DNA of 64,000 bases from NCBI GenBank assembly GCA_012295275.1, contig CM022674.1, positions 8,246,001-8,310,000 on the forward strand, in the 5' to 3' direction. The first letter of the stretch is position 1, and each line of letters opens with the position of its first letter. The position numbers were made by a program, and so were the translations under genes. Positions 40,838-54,839 of this stretch are shown here, in pieces. The DNA comes from Chrysomallon squamiferum. Lineage: Eukaryota > Animalia > Mollusca. Below the pieces are notes generated by a model. That model saw only the letters and a list, made by a program, of their open reading frames with translations. It searched no databases and was not told where the DNA came from.

Positions 40838-41930
40838 GTCTATATATTTATTAATAGGTGAGATCATTGACCTCTGAATATTTATAAATATATACATACA
40901 TGTTCAAAGGAGGATGAACTCGCCTACTAATAAATTCACTGAAGTCAGATCTGAGAACAAAAACAAAATCATCCTGCACGTTAGCCATTTGATATTTATA
41001 AAAATCTTTTGATGCGATATTTTATAAATGACATGGCGTTCTCAACATCGCCGCTATTTCTCTGCAGCACTCTGTCATCTTTGGAGCAAAACAGGAAGCG
41101 ACTGGTCAGAACTACTAAAGATGTAAGTATCAGAATTCCATGTTCGTCTGCACGATTATCAATCAAGCTGCTGGTTAAAAGAGCTTGCCCTTCCGTATTC
41201 TTTATTCATATGAAGGGCAAACGTTTTAAGCATCGATCTTTATCTAAATTAGTAGTTATCTGTTAAAACCTACTTCCATTTGTATTCACAGCAGATACAT
41301 CACTGAAAACAGTTCGATGTGAGACAGGAATAAACCACTGGGTTACGTTTTTGATTAATCTGCTATTCTTTATCGTAGAAACTTTGTTATTTTCTCTCTA
41401 CATTTTTCTGATTGACGAACCTGAAATGATTTTTTTTTTTTTCTCGTTAAAATGTCGCTTCTAGCTATCTTTGTTAATTAGAACGGTAATGAGAGTGAAA
41501 ATAAAGATTAAATTTCTCTCAGTTCATATTTTATAACACTTGTGGATCGTTTAGATCATATCTCACTCCTCGCTGTTACTCGCTGTTTGCTTATCACATT
41601 TTCTCTATGTTCACGTTTGACAATGTTTTATTTTATTTTGTTTTATTATTACTTTTTTTCTTCAATTAATCAAAATTTCTTCGTTTGATTCCGGCTATGA
41701 CTTCAGACGAACTATTTTCGATCCTTTTTTCTTTCTTTTTTCTTATTTCCTTTAAATCTACTGATCTATATGATAAATGCTTCATAAATGAAGTTAAGAA
41801 AATTATTTTTACTTTTTTTACTTATTTTATCACTAATAATCGCAGGCAAAATATATTACAAAATATGTGACAAATCTTATTTCTACGCATGTGCACTAAC
41901 TTTATCTCAGTTGTGTTAAACAATAACTTG

Positions 41931-41966
<36 letters not shown>

Positions 41967-41996
41967 TTCTATCTATCTATCTATCTATCATTTTAT

Positions 41997-42035
<39 letters not shown>

Positions 42036-42395
42036 TATATAAACGTCTGTGTGTTTATGGTCGGTTAATATAGAAATTTAAATAATTAAATTTATTATCG
42101 GTTCAAAAACATAATTACACTAATGAACATATTTAATAATAGTTTTCGTTTTTAAATTATGTTTTGGTAAAGTGTACTTTATGTTTTATTGTAACTCACT
42201 TCCTGTACGTTGCCATGGTTTCGTTTGTTATAAATACAGATACTTTTTGTCAGATTTTTTAATTAACTTCTAGAGCAGGATGAGGGTTCCAGCAAGTCAG
42301 GGCTTCTATTTTTAAATATTCATTACAGCCATAATTTAATATCATTATTATTATATATCAAGAATGTTCTCAGATAAAGTTCATAAAGATCGTTT

Positions 42396-42462
42396 AGTCA
42401 GTTAATATATCATCAAACACTTACTTATATATTATATTGTAAATATCTCTGAGAGGAGACAG
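42396..42462. repeat. Solo dispersed copy of the 69-bp unit, next to (GA)n 42490-42585
   Basis: AGTCAGTTA-ATATATCATCAAACACTTACTTATAT...ATTGTAAATATCTCTGAGAGGAGACAG matches the 40259-40693 unit. Confidence 0.9.
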
Positions 42463-42485
42463 CACGTGATGTCAGGTATAGATAT

Positions 42486-42589
<104 letters not shown>

Positions 42590-44036
42590 TAGCGAAAAGG
42601 ATGATAACTGTGACGATTAGAAAACTGACTGACGGTGATATTAATAATGATAATAATAATAATAACAGACAACGATAGATGATGATGTTAATACTAATAA
42701 CACAGAAATATTGAGAACGGTGATGAATATATGCTTTTCTTTTTGTAATCATTTCTTAAACTAGATCTAAAATATACTAATTAATAGTGTTATATTAAGT
42801 ATATTATTAGCAATATCGTGAGAAAAGAAACTTATAGAAAGAGTTGTTAATATGTTATATGAAAAGTCATCGAAAGTCGTTAGTATGCTGTATAAAATAT
42901 TTTTGTAAATTAATCCATATTTGCATAATCATGATCAGACTTTACTTAGTGTGTGTCTTGTAAGAATAATGTTAGTTTAAACGTTGCTTGTATATGACAT
43001 GCAGGGAACAGTTATTTCTTACTAAATAATTCGTACTAAATATGTTTCTAACAGCTCCAAATACAGACAGAATTCAGCAGATTAAACAGCTGCGTTAAAC
43101 TGAACTTGTAAGACATTCTAAAACTGTCTCAGTCTCTCCTATTTCTCTCGCTGCTTGTCCATATGATTTATTATTATCTGTCTGCTATTTTCTAACGGTT
43201 ATATTCTAACCATACCTACAGATATAATGCATCTAGATAGACACACACACATACAAACACATATACATCTTTATATAGCTGCATGTCCCTTAATATAAAC
43301 TGTTAATTATGTAATAATTCATTCTGGGTTTTTTTCTAAATATCCATGTACATTGACTGCAGTTGTGTTAATAATAGAATCATAAATAAATAAATAAATA
43401 ATCATGTAAGACAGAGATATATGTATTGTAAACTTAACATTGTAGCATTTCTTTACGTTTCAATATTTATACAATAAATCAATTTTTGAAGCATCTGGTA
43501 CGTTGAAAAGTACACTTTTATTATTATGTTTTTATTTATTTTAATACCAGATTTCTTTCTCCTTGCTTTTTGTTGCTTCTTAAAAGCTACAATTTGTGTT
43601 GCTCTGAACAAGGAAACACACAACAAATTAGGAAACAAATTACTGTTATTAGTTACTTGTTCTTAGAGCGAGATCTTCTAACTGTCATTTATTTAAAGCC
43701 TTTCGTCACTTTTTACACTTCCAAAGGAAGATTATGTTTGCTGAGGTGTTAAAACTAAGTTTTTAGGTTATCCAAAAATAATAACAATACTTTAAATAAA
43801 ATAATTAGAATTTAAAGGCTCTTTGAAATTAAATGTAAAAAATATATTTTAAGAAAAACAAAATTCCTATTATTATGAGCGCTATAGAAAAAAAAAAAAA
43901 AAAAAAGAATGAATAAAAAAGAAAGGAAAAAGAAACAGGCAAGAAATAATAAAATAAAATGAGGAACAAAAGAGAACAAGTTAAATAACCATCGGCAAAA
44001 AGTCGAAAAAAAAGTAAAACGAAACCAAAAGTAAAC

Positions 44037-44290
44037 ACTTACCTTTTATAAGTTTAAACTAAAATAATCCATGTGTTACAGAAGCTGGTGTGTGAGACAG
44101 TGTGTTAACAAACATGACAAGCAGTTACTATGTTCTCAGTATAATAGGAACGCAGTATTTCTCTGCCATATCCTTTAGACTGTAATAGCTTTCTGCGATA
44201 AAACACCAATCCAAACCGTGCTTGCTTCTAGACGAATCACGTGACTGCGTTCCATCCATTTAATCAATAAAGCGCCACCATGTGGACCTA
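44037..44290 (-). promoter_or_regulatory. Candidate upstream non-coding exon / promoter of the GPCR
   Basis: Consensus donor AAG|GTAAGT on the minus strand (plus strand ACTTACCT, 44037-44044). Nearby unique sequence carries CCAAT (~44206), E-box TCACGTGA (~44237) and GCGCCACCATGTGG (~44272). The link to the GPCR is inference. Confidence 0.25.
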
Positions 44291-44819
44291 ATAGCAATCT
44301 CTCTTTCTCTACTTTTTTACGTGTTTGTGCTATTATTATTATAATTTTCCCTTTTCTTTTTCTTTCTGATAGCCAGTTTAACTATCGTTTTTATGTAAAG
44401 AGAGTCGCTGTAGAACACAACTTACTGGACACTTCAGAAGCACTTAACTGACCACACCTGTAACAGTCCGTGTCTAGACCCACTGCGTGATCAGACACTG
44501 TTCTGTAGACCCGTGGTAACCTACATTCATATGTGGAATTAGAATTTAAAAAGTAATTGTTATATACGTTTACTTTTCTTCATTGTTACAAAATATAAAG
44601 CCAACAGGTAATTTGGGATATTAATTTAGATATTAATGTATTATGTTTAACATGGCTGAGTAATGGCCGGCGAAATGACGAAGACGTAATTAAGAGTTAG
44701 AAGTTAAATTCGATGTCCTGATCGATAGGTTCGTTAAAAGAAGCAACTGAGTGAATGAAACAAGTTTCAAACAACGACACACGCAAGCATGTACAGGTAT
44801 GCATCCGATTTACGCTTAT

Positions 44820-45117
44820 ACACATACACAGAAACACACACACAGAACTACATACACATACAGAAATACATACACACACAGAAATACATACACACACAGA
44901 AACACACACACAGAACTACATACACACACAGAAATACATACACACACAGAAATACATACACACACAGAAACACACACACAGAACTACATACATACACAGA
45001 AACACACACACAGAACTACATACACACACAGAAATACATACACACACAGAAACACACACACAGAACTACATACACACACAGAAATACATACACACACAGA
45101 AATACATACACACACAA
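44820..45117. repeat. CA-derived 16-18 bp minisatellite (CACACACAGAA[AT/CT]ACATA)
   Basis: Read directly from the sequence. Confidence 0.93.
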
Positions 45118-45477
45118 ATAGATAGGATGTGATTCTTTCTTTGAACTTATACATACAAAAATACCAGTGCATACACACAAGAACATATAGCTGCATACAG
45201 AAATACATTTATCTGTTTAAAATGAAGTTTATAATTAAGAACTAGTGGACGTAATATGCTTGATGTTTCCGTTTAACTGACAAGAAATTAAATTAGATCA
45301 TACACACTCCTCTTATTTAAGAATTGGCTGTTTACGACACAAGATGTTTTCATCGGTTATCAAAATAGTTCGGCGAAAGCAGCAGGTGACGGGAATGTAA
45401 TAACATAATGGAAGAGAGCAAGGTTTTCAAAGACTACCAACTGAGAGAGGACAGAGTAGGAAGTTTAAAGGTGCGAT

Positions 45478-46080
45478 GTTGGTAAAGAATTCCTAACATG
45501 CCTGGGAGACTAGGAGGACAGTGTAGTGTGTGAGTTAAGTTTTGTTGTAAGAATTCGTAACATGCCTGGGATGACTGGAGAATAAAATGAATTCGTAACA
45601 TGCCTGGGAGAAAACATGACTAGGAGAATCTGTGTGTAGTGTGTGAGTTAATGTGACTTTGTTGTAAGAATTCGTAACATGCCTGGGAGAAAACATGACT
45701 AGGAGAATCTGAGTGTAGTGTGTGAGTTAATGTGACTTTGTTGTAAGAATTCGTAACATGCATGGGAGAAAACATGACTAGGAGAATCTGTGTGTAAACA
45801 AGACTAACATGCCTGGGAGAAAACATGAATAGGAGAATATGTGTGTAGTGTGTGAGTTAATGTGACTTTGTTGTAAGAATTCGTAACATGCATGGGAGAA
45901 AACATGACTAGGAGAATCTGTGTGTAGTGTGTGAGTTAATGTGACTTTGTTGTAAGAATTCGTAACATGACTAGGAGAATCTGTGTGTAGTGTGTGAGTT
46001 AATGTGACTTTGGATGGATAGAATCTTTGTAGTAATTTTTGTTGTAGTATTCAGGTAGACAGGTGACTTTGTTGTAAGAG
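45478..46080. repeat. 79-bp minisatellite with partial and scrambled units
   Basis: TGC(C/A)TGGGAG at 45601, 45680 and 45759. Confidence 0.9.
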
Positions 46081-48153
46081 AATGACAGCTGGATGGTAAC
46101 TTTGAGTAATTTAGTATTCAGGTAGACAGGTACACGGATATGTAGGAAGTAGGTACATAGGTAACAGAATGGACGAATGGGTGCATGGATTTAATTATTT
46201 ACAAGAAAAAGCTGAATATGTGTTTTTACTGTCGTTGTCAAACTCTTTTATTAATTGTCTAGTTTGGCAAGAGAAATAATGTTTGGAAAATCTTTTAAGA
46301 CGATTACGACCACACATTTCAAATATGTAGACAGCTGTTATAATTCTAAAAACTTCATATTCAAGAAGAAAAAAGAGGAAAAAGATTTAATCTTCGGCGG
46401 TTGCTATATTTAACACAGAACTATTTTAATTTATTGCTGTCTCTGTTTCGGTGCAACCTCTGTCTGGACCACCTAGAACATCCGAAAAAATTAAACAGAT
46501 TTCTGTGTGAGTTTAAATCTGTCTGAGATTCAGATGTGATAAATAAATATATCTGAGTTTTGAGACCAACATGTAATAAACTGTACACTAACAAAGGAAA
46601 CTCGGTGATGGTAAGCTTTCTGAATATTTAGAAAAGTGTAGTTTCTTTCTTAGTGTTCATTTCTGTACCATATAATAATTTATCATTCGTTTTTCTTTTT
46701 CGTAAAAGTGTGAATTTTTCTTTATTTCAACCCCAGCCACTTGGATGTTACTGAGCGGGTAATATTAGGTTACAAATAATCATTTTCCTTCCATTCCGAA
46801 TCACAGTTACTGTCAAATTAAAAAGCTTAGTAACGAGTAAAACCACATGCCTGTCGTTCTAACGAATTTTGCATTTGTAACTACCCTTATTACTGAGTAC
46901 ATTATCAAAGTTAATGAGACTGAAAATAATAGAAAACCATTGTTTAATTGGCATTTTAGCTCTCCCATCATGAAAAAAAGAACTACAGGTCATTTTAGAC
47001 AATTAGGAAATATGGATTCAGTATATAATATTTGCCTAACTATGTATTTGTATCTGTCTTTGGTGATTTCAGAGATTTATGTGCACTTGCTTGAGCGGTT
47101 CTGTTACAAAAGTGAACCGCTCTCACAGTCTCGGGCTGCTATCTGCTGCTACTGGTCACACACACATTGCACATCTCAGCGTCTGGCACATACTTTAACC
47201 TGCTGTCAGTAGTATGAATATCTTGTTATGGCATCTAAGTATTTCCATTGTCCAGAGTCTTGTGTTTAATTTAATTCTGTTAGCTTTTCACAGGACAGAT
47301 CAATAAGGTGAAGAGTACACAGGTTAGATTTAAACCTTAAATCAACAAGTCTCTGATCTGTAGTGGCGCAAATGCAGCATTTTAAACCGTTCTGTTATAT
47401 CGGTAATGCACTTCTGTAAACTAATCTAACCTTACATATCCAGCCAACCCGAATCAGTGAAATTTACAAATGGTCCACACGACAGGCATTTGTTTCATTT
47501 GATTTAAGGGGAGTAAGAAGAAGGAGAGATTTATTCGTGATTTGTCGCTGCAGGTTTGAAGCAACTGGTTTACTTCGCTAATGAAGTGTAGAACACACAC
47601 GACATGTCGTACGTAGAGAGGCAGGCAAAATCTTTAGAACTGTGTTCACAGCTTGGCAGATGCATCATGAAATATTTACAGCATTTTACGATCAACATCG
47701 AGTCTATATTTACTCAACGTGAGTTCGGTTTCCGATATCACTCAGTGATTATTTACATTTGTAACCATGTCTGAAGTGTATAGTGTCTACAAAAACTGCC
47801 AAAAGTCATCACGATAATGAAAATAACAAATACACGAAAGAAAGAAGAGTGGTTATAAAACATTTAAGTAAAACTAGAAAATAAATGGTGTAAATTATTA
47901 ATAAGAAATAAAATATTCAGAAAAGAAGTTTAACTTCTATTACGTACTTCAAAATGCTGGTTGAAAAATACTCGCGAATCTTCTTTCTGAATACCTAATG
48001 CTTGTAATTAGATTTTAATGCTTGAGTGAGGATATTTTAATGCAGGATGAAAATAAAGTACAAAAGAGAGATTATGATGGAATTTCAGAGATGAGACAAT
48101 AAAAAAAAACAGAAGTCTGTGATTGTGTCTATGTGTCTGTGTTTATATGTGTA

Positions 48154-48272
<119 letters not shown>

Positions 48273-49062
48273 AAGCAAATATTGAAACATTTATTTACAT
48301 TAGTAGCAAAACTAGTCTGAGGAATTTCACAGACCACTAAGATTTTAACGACAACTAAATTTGTTGTCATTAATCGATATTGTCGAATCATACCCTGAGA
48401 TTGTGAAAGATTTTATTGTCAGATTCATTCGGATGAATAAAGGAACTTTCTAAGATCAGTGTTAAACAAATATCGTCTTTCGTTTGAAGTGTTTTATTTC
48501 AAGCAGCAGCACATTTTCTTCAAGCAGGTTTTCATCCCCTCGTCTTCCTAAGATACACTGAATCAATGTATTAGCTTTGCCTAACTCATCAAGTAAGTTT
48601 GCACGCCACATTCTTCAAACTGCTGTAGCTGTAATTAATTTTAGTTACATTCAAGTCGATTTTACAATGGGCACATCTTTGATTTTCTAAAAACAGTTAT
48701 TTTTTTTTTAATCATTCAAGTCTCAGGTTAATCGTCGCCTAACAGTATTAAAATGAACCCAAAAATACACAGTTTTCCTTGAGGAAGATCAGCTTTTGTG
48801 GCATGAGAAAAATTACACTTTGCGTTTGTTTATTTCATTTCATTCTGATTCCTTTTAATGAGGTTTAAAATTATATTAACTGATTAATTTCTATTAAATA
48901 TTTAATTTTGTTTTCAGTCTTTGAGAAAGAAAGATAAAAAATGAATAAAAAATGAAGTTAAAAATGACCATGTTATTGTACTGTCTCTGCCTTTCTGTCT
49001 CTCTCTGTCCCTTTATAACCCTGTTTCTGTTTCTCTCAATCCCTTTTTAATTATGTTTTTAG

Positions 49063-49211
<149 letters not shown>

Positions 49212-50054
49212 GTACTAAATAAATATATATGTGTGTGTATCATTACACACATATACTTACATACATATACCATCCACTGTTTTTGAATGTAACCAGTTTT
49301 CTTTAATAAATAATAATAATAATGATAATAATAAGGTTAGAAAATAGTTTACATACTGATGGATAAAAATAAAATTGTACAAAGTAATCACTGAATCATA
49401 AACGATATGAAAAGCGTTATAAAATATTTTTAAATGTTAAAAGATCACACATGGACGTGTTTATGAGCTAAACGTCAGATTTTTACATCCATACACCCTC
49501 TGAACTCATACATTATCAATAGTAGATAAAGTCAAAATGAACAAAAAATTACATGTTTTTAAGGTGATTTAAAAGCAGGCATGTTGCCATTTCGACACGT
49601 GCCTAGTTAATTTTCCTACTTTTTTCTGATTTTTTCTTTTTTATGCGGAGGATATATTATAGATAATACACCCACACTAAACAGTTTTTATCACAAAGAA
49701 TACTCGTTCCAAATTATTTGACGTCAAGCTCAGCAAACCCTGATTCTGATCATACTGAAAATCAGAGGAAAGAGCTAAACACTGGCTAATCAATTCTACA
49801 ACAAACAACATCAGACCTTGGCTTAAGGTCTCAGCACTGTCATATGAGTCACAAAGAGAGTCAGAGATTGTATAGAGGTGTGGACAAACTAATATTTCTT
49901 ACATAACGAAAACACAGTTCATCGCTGTTATTTCGTTTGGTTATTTTTTAGCAGAAGGTGTTTGTCTCTGACTTTATAATTAAATTCAGATATACATATC
50001 TCTACCTGCCTACCGATATATATATAAATATATATACACTCACACACACACATA

Positions 50055-50330
50055 TATCCATCTATCCATCCATCCATCCATCCATCCATCCATCCATACA
50101 TACATACATAAATACATACAAACATACATATATACATACATACATACATACATACATACATACATACATACATACATACATACATACATTCATACATAAA
50201 TACATACAAACATACATACATACATACATACATACATTCATACATACACACATACATACATACATACATAAATACATACAAACATACATACATACATACA
50301 TACATTCATACATACAAACATACAAACATT
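50055..50330. repeat. (CATC)n-(CATA)n tetranucleotide array
   Basis: Read directly from the sequence. Confidence 0.95.
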
Positions 50331-50886
50331 AATAGATATGACCATTCAGACAGATACATAGATTGACGGAGAGATCAGATAGGAAGAACGACTCACGGGG
50401 AGACTGGACAGATGAGGATGTGTAACAAGATGACATGTGTAGTTTGTTTTGCACGCGTACACGTTTCTGTGCGATCATCGGGTTGTGTTTTGCGATCACG
50501 AATCGATATCACAAACAACAATGTGATGAATTTACCTTACATAATATTTACTTTGTGCTAAATGACTAACACGTTATAAAAGTGCGCTATAAAAATCGAT
50601 CGCTTGCTGCAATTTTTACATCATTAGTTTTACTGTTAATGTTGCAGTATTGAACACTCCATTAGCGTCTTTAAGAAAAACATTCAAATAGTTGCGGTCC
50701 ATTTCGTACACAGGACAACAACGTTTCTAATTGCCTCCGGCACTTTGAACGTTTCAGTGCGAACAAGTTGTTGAATCCAGCAGCCAGTCACAGCACAGCT
50801 AGACTGGGTTGTGCAACAGTCTCATCGCCTCTGAAACTCGAACAGCTCCAAACCAGCTGGGCTCAACAGACTCGTTTTCTCAACAT

Positions 50887-51347
<461 letters not shown>

Positions 51348-51749
51348 ATATATAGATCTAAAAAGAGGAGGACTTAAGTCTATTTACAGAGATCGAGCTA
51401 AAATCGGATTCCCACGGTTCACAGCAGAGATTAATCTCCATCTCATATTGCACAATGTAAAATCTGCTTATTGGTGAATTATCTAACACTCCGTATTCGT
51501 GGGGCTTTTTTTTTTTACATAGAGGTATTTAATATTTAATATTATTTTTAACATCGTACAATACTAAATTTTTTTCTTGTTAATTATCTGACATTTCGTA
51601 TTTTTTTTTTTAATGTTTCAGGTTTTTTTGGAGGGTTTTTTAATCTCATTTTTATCTTTACACAATACAAAATCACCAAATTGTGTAAGATATTTTCATC
51701 GATTTTCTCTTTTAGTTTTTGCCAGTAATGATTTATAAATGTAATTAAT

Positions 51750-51783
<34 letters not shown>

Positions 51784-52529
51784 TAAAATATAAATTTATT
51801 CTGATGAGCAAGTCTTTGAAAAACGTCTCCGCGTTTCAGTACATCACACGACTCTGACTGTTAGGAATAAACTGATAGAAATTCATCTACTGCTGCTCAG
51901 TTATCTGCGAGTCTGGAAACGTGTTTCAAGAAATGTTTATAAAGTTTATTTTAAGAATTCGAGCACAGTTGATAAAGACTTTTTTTCTCTCTTACTGCAT
52001 TGTTAAAAAAGAAAGAAAAAAAGCAGTCAATGATGTTTCAAACTGAAAACATGGAGAGAGGTGCAATCTACATCAGCCAGTTTCTTATATCTAAAAATAG
52101 ATCATGAACATCAGAATTAAATTCCGTAGTCCGCATCAACTGGTTCATTATAAATGAGGATAAATTATCAGTTAGAAGTATAATGTACAGCGACTGATTT
52201 GTCATGTTGAAGATAAACTTGTAGACAGAACATTAGTCTGTATTAACTTTCTGGCGCAGTAATCTTATCTAAACAGTCATAGTCTACATCATTTGTTCTG
52301 TCATAATAATCCTACTGACAGAAACAAAGTCTACAACAACTGATCTGTCAAACTGTTATTAATAAAATTATAATCTACATAAACTGATCTGTTATAATAA
52401 CTTTACTGATAACCAAAAAATCATAGTAAAATTATTGCAAAACTAAGACTGTCATAGTAAAATTATTGAAAAAATTATAGGCTTAATCACCCTTATCTGT
52501 CATAATAACGATATTAATAATATTAAACA

Positions 52530-53577
52530 GAGAACTATAGTCTGCATCAACTTGTTTGCCGTAATAAGTGTACTGATAGAAGTGTAGTCCACATTAACTT
52601 GTTTGTTACAATAAGTGTACTAATAGAACTGTCGTCCACATTAACATGTTTGTTACAATAAGTGTACTGATAGAACTGTAGTCCACATTAACTTGTTTGT
52701 TACAATAAGTGTACTAATAGAACTGTAGTCCACATTAACATGTTTGTTAGTGTAAACAGAACTGTAGTCCACATTAACTTGTTTGTTACAATAAGTGTAC
52801 TGATAGAACTGTAGTCCACATTAACATGTTTGTTATAATAAGTGTACTGACAGAACTGTCGTCCACATTAACATGTTTGTTACAATAAGTGTACTGATAG
52901 AACTGTAGTCCACATTAACTTTGTTTGTTACAATAAGTGTACTAATAGAACTGTAGTCCACATTAACATGTTTGTTATAATAAGTGTACTGACAGAACTG
53001 TCGTCCACATTAACATGTTTGTTACAATAAGTGTACTGATAGAACTGTAGTCCACATTAACATGTTTGTTATAATAAGTGTACTGACAGAACTGTCGTCC
53101 ACATTAACATGTTTGTTACAATAAGTGTACTGACAGAACTGTAGTCCACATTAACTTGTTTGTTACAATAAGTGTACTGACAGAACTGTAGTCCACATTA
53201 ACTTGTTTGTTACAATAAGTGTACTGATAGAACTGTAGTCCACATTAACTTGTTTGTTACAATAAGTGTACTAATAGAACTGTAGTCCACATTAACATGT
53301 TTGTTACAATAAGTGTACTAACAGAACTGTAGTCCACATTAACTTGTTTGTTATAATAAGTCCCACATTAACATGTTTGTTACAATAAGTGTACTGACAG
53401 AACTGTAGTCCACATTAACTTGTTTGTTACAATAAGTGTACTAACAGAACTGTAGTCCACATTAACTTGTTTGTTATAATAAGTGTACTGACAGAACTGT
53501 AGTCCACATTAACATGTTTGTTACAATAAGTGTACTAATAGAACTGTAGTCCACATTAACATGTTTGTTACAATAAG
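52530..53577. repeat. 47-bp minisatellite AATAAGTGTACTGATAGAACTGTAGTCCACATTAACTTGTTTGTTAC, about 22 copies
   Basis: Period 47 (52563, 52610, ...); degenerate units continue left to ~52060. Confidence 0.97.
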
Positions 53578-54839
53578 CTCGTATACAGAAAGTCACTAAT
53601 GTTTTTCATATTCTCTGATAAAGTGATATACTTTTCTCTGCACTTTCTTTATTTATAATTCCTCAATAGTTTTAAAATGCAGTTTCTGATTTCGGTTGCT
53701 GCAGGGTTTAAAACAATTACATCGTGCATATTTGTCATCAATTTATGAAATTTTACACCGAATCATTCACTCCTTTCTTAGGTATGTTCCCAAAACTGGC
53801 AGTCTCCAGATTAGGTAAGCGGTGAGGTGTTCTAATCCGCTTCCAGAAATGGGAAAACTGGCATGAGCAATTAAGGCCAATTTAGACGCATGGGGATAAC
53901 GAGATGTGTGAAGAACAGATGGGACGATTAACGAGGTTAACCTTAATGAGCAGTGAAGAGCAGAGGTAAGCCGGAATAGAGATTGCAAGAAAATTGATGT
54001 TTGGAGACATGAAATTAATGTTATATCTCAGTAAAATTTGGAGACAGGAAATACTAGAAGAAGACAAGCACAAGTTCTTCCAGCTGGGATTGGAGTACGT
54101 CACGTGTACCCGGGACACGGCTTCCTAGTTGTCAGCTTGGGGTGGAGTGCTTCTGGGACATTTCATGTGTAAAGTGTGACTGAATGTGCTTTCAAATTGT
54201 GGTCAAAATATTGTTTAACAAAAGTTCATCAATTAAGATGAAGGAACACCAATTAATAAGGGCGACCAATAAACTGCCAGAAATGGAACAACTGGCGTAT
54301 CCAGTTAACATGTGTTATAATCTCACTGTCAGATTCGGGAATAAACCCTTTCTTAGCCTTTAATTGAAATTACAAAAAGAAGGTCATGTAACTTTTGAAA
54401 ATAACCTTTTACTCTTATCTGTTTTCAAATAATTTCATTTTCATTAATATTTTTTGTCTTTTCTGAATAACATATTTTTGTGTATTAATATCATTTGTTT
54501 TGTTTTTTGTTTGAAAGAAGGAAACAATAATTACACTGGCTAATAAATATTAACAGAGTAAAAATTCTTGAAAAATATGTATGAACATGTCATTTTTTTC
54601 AGATGATTTCAATACGCATCTTAATCAAGATGAATTCCATCTTCATTATGTTTTCATCATATTTCAGTTATGTAACAAAAAATATATTTATTATTTTTAC
54701 CTTAATGCGTTTAATTTCCTTTCTGTTAAATACCAAAATATTTTCTTATTTTCAGTTGAAAAGTATTTTCTGTAACATATTGGAAATGTAATTAATATTT
54801 TCTTTATGACAGATTTTAAACATTTTCAGTAGAAGTAAT

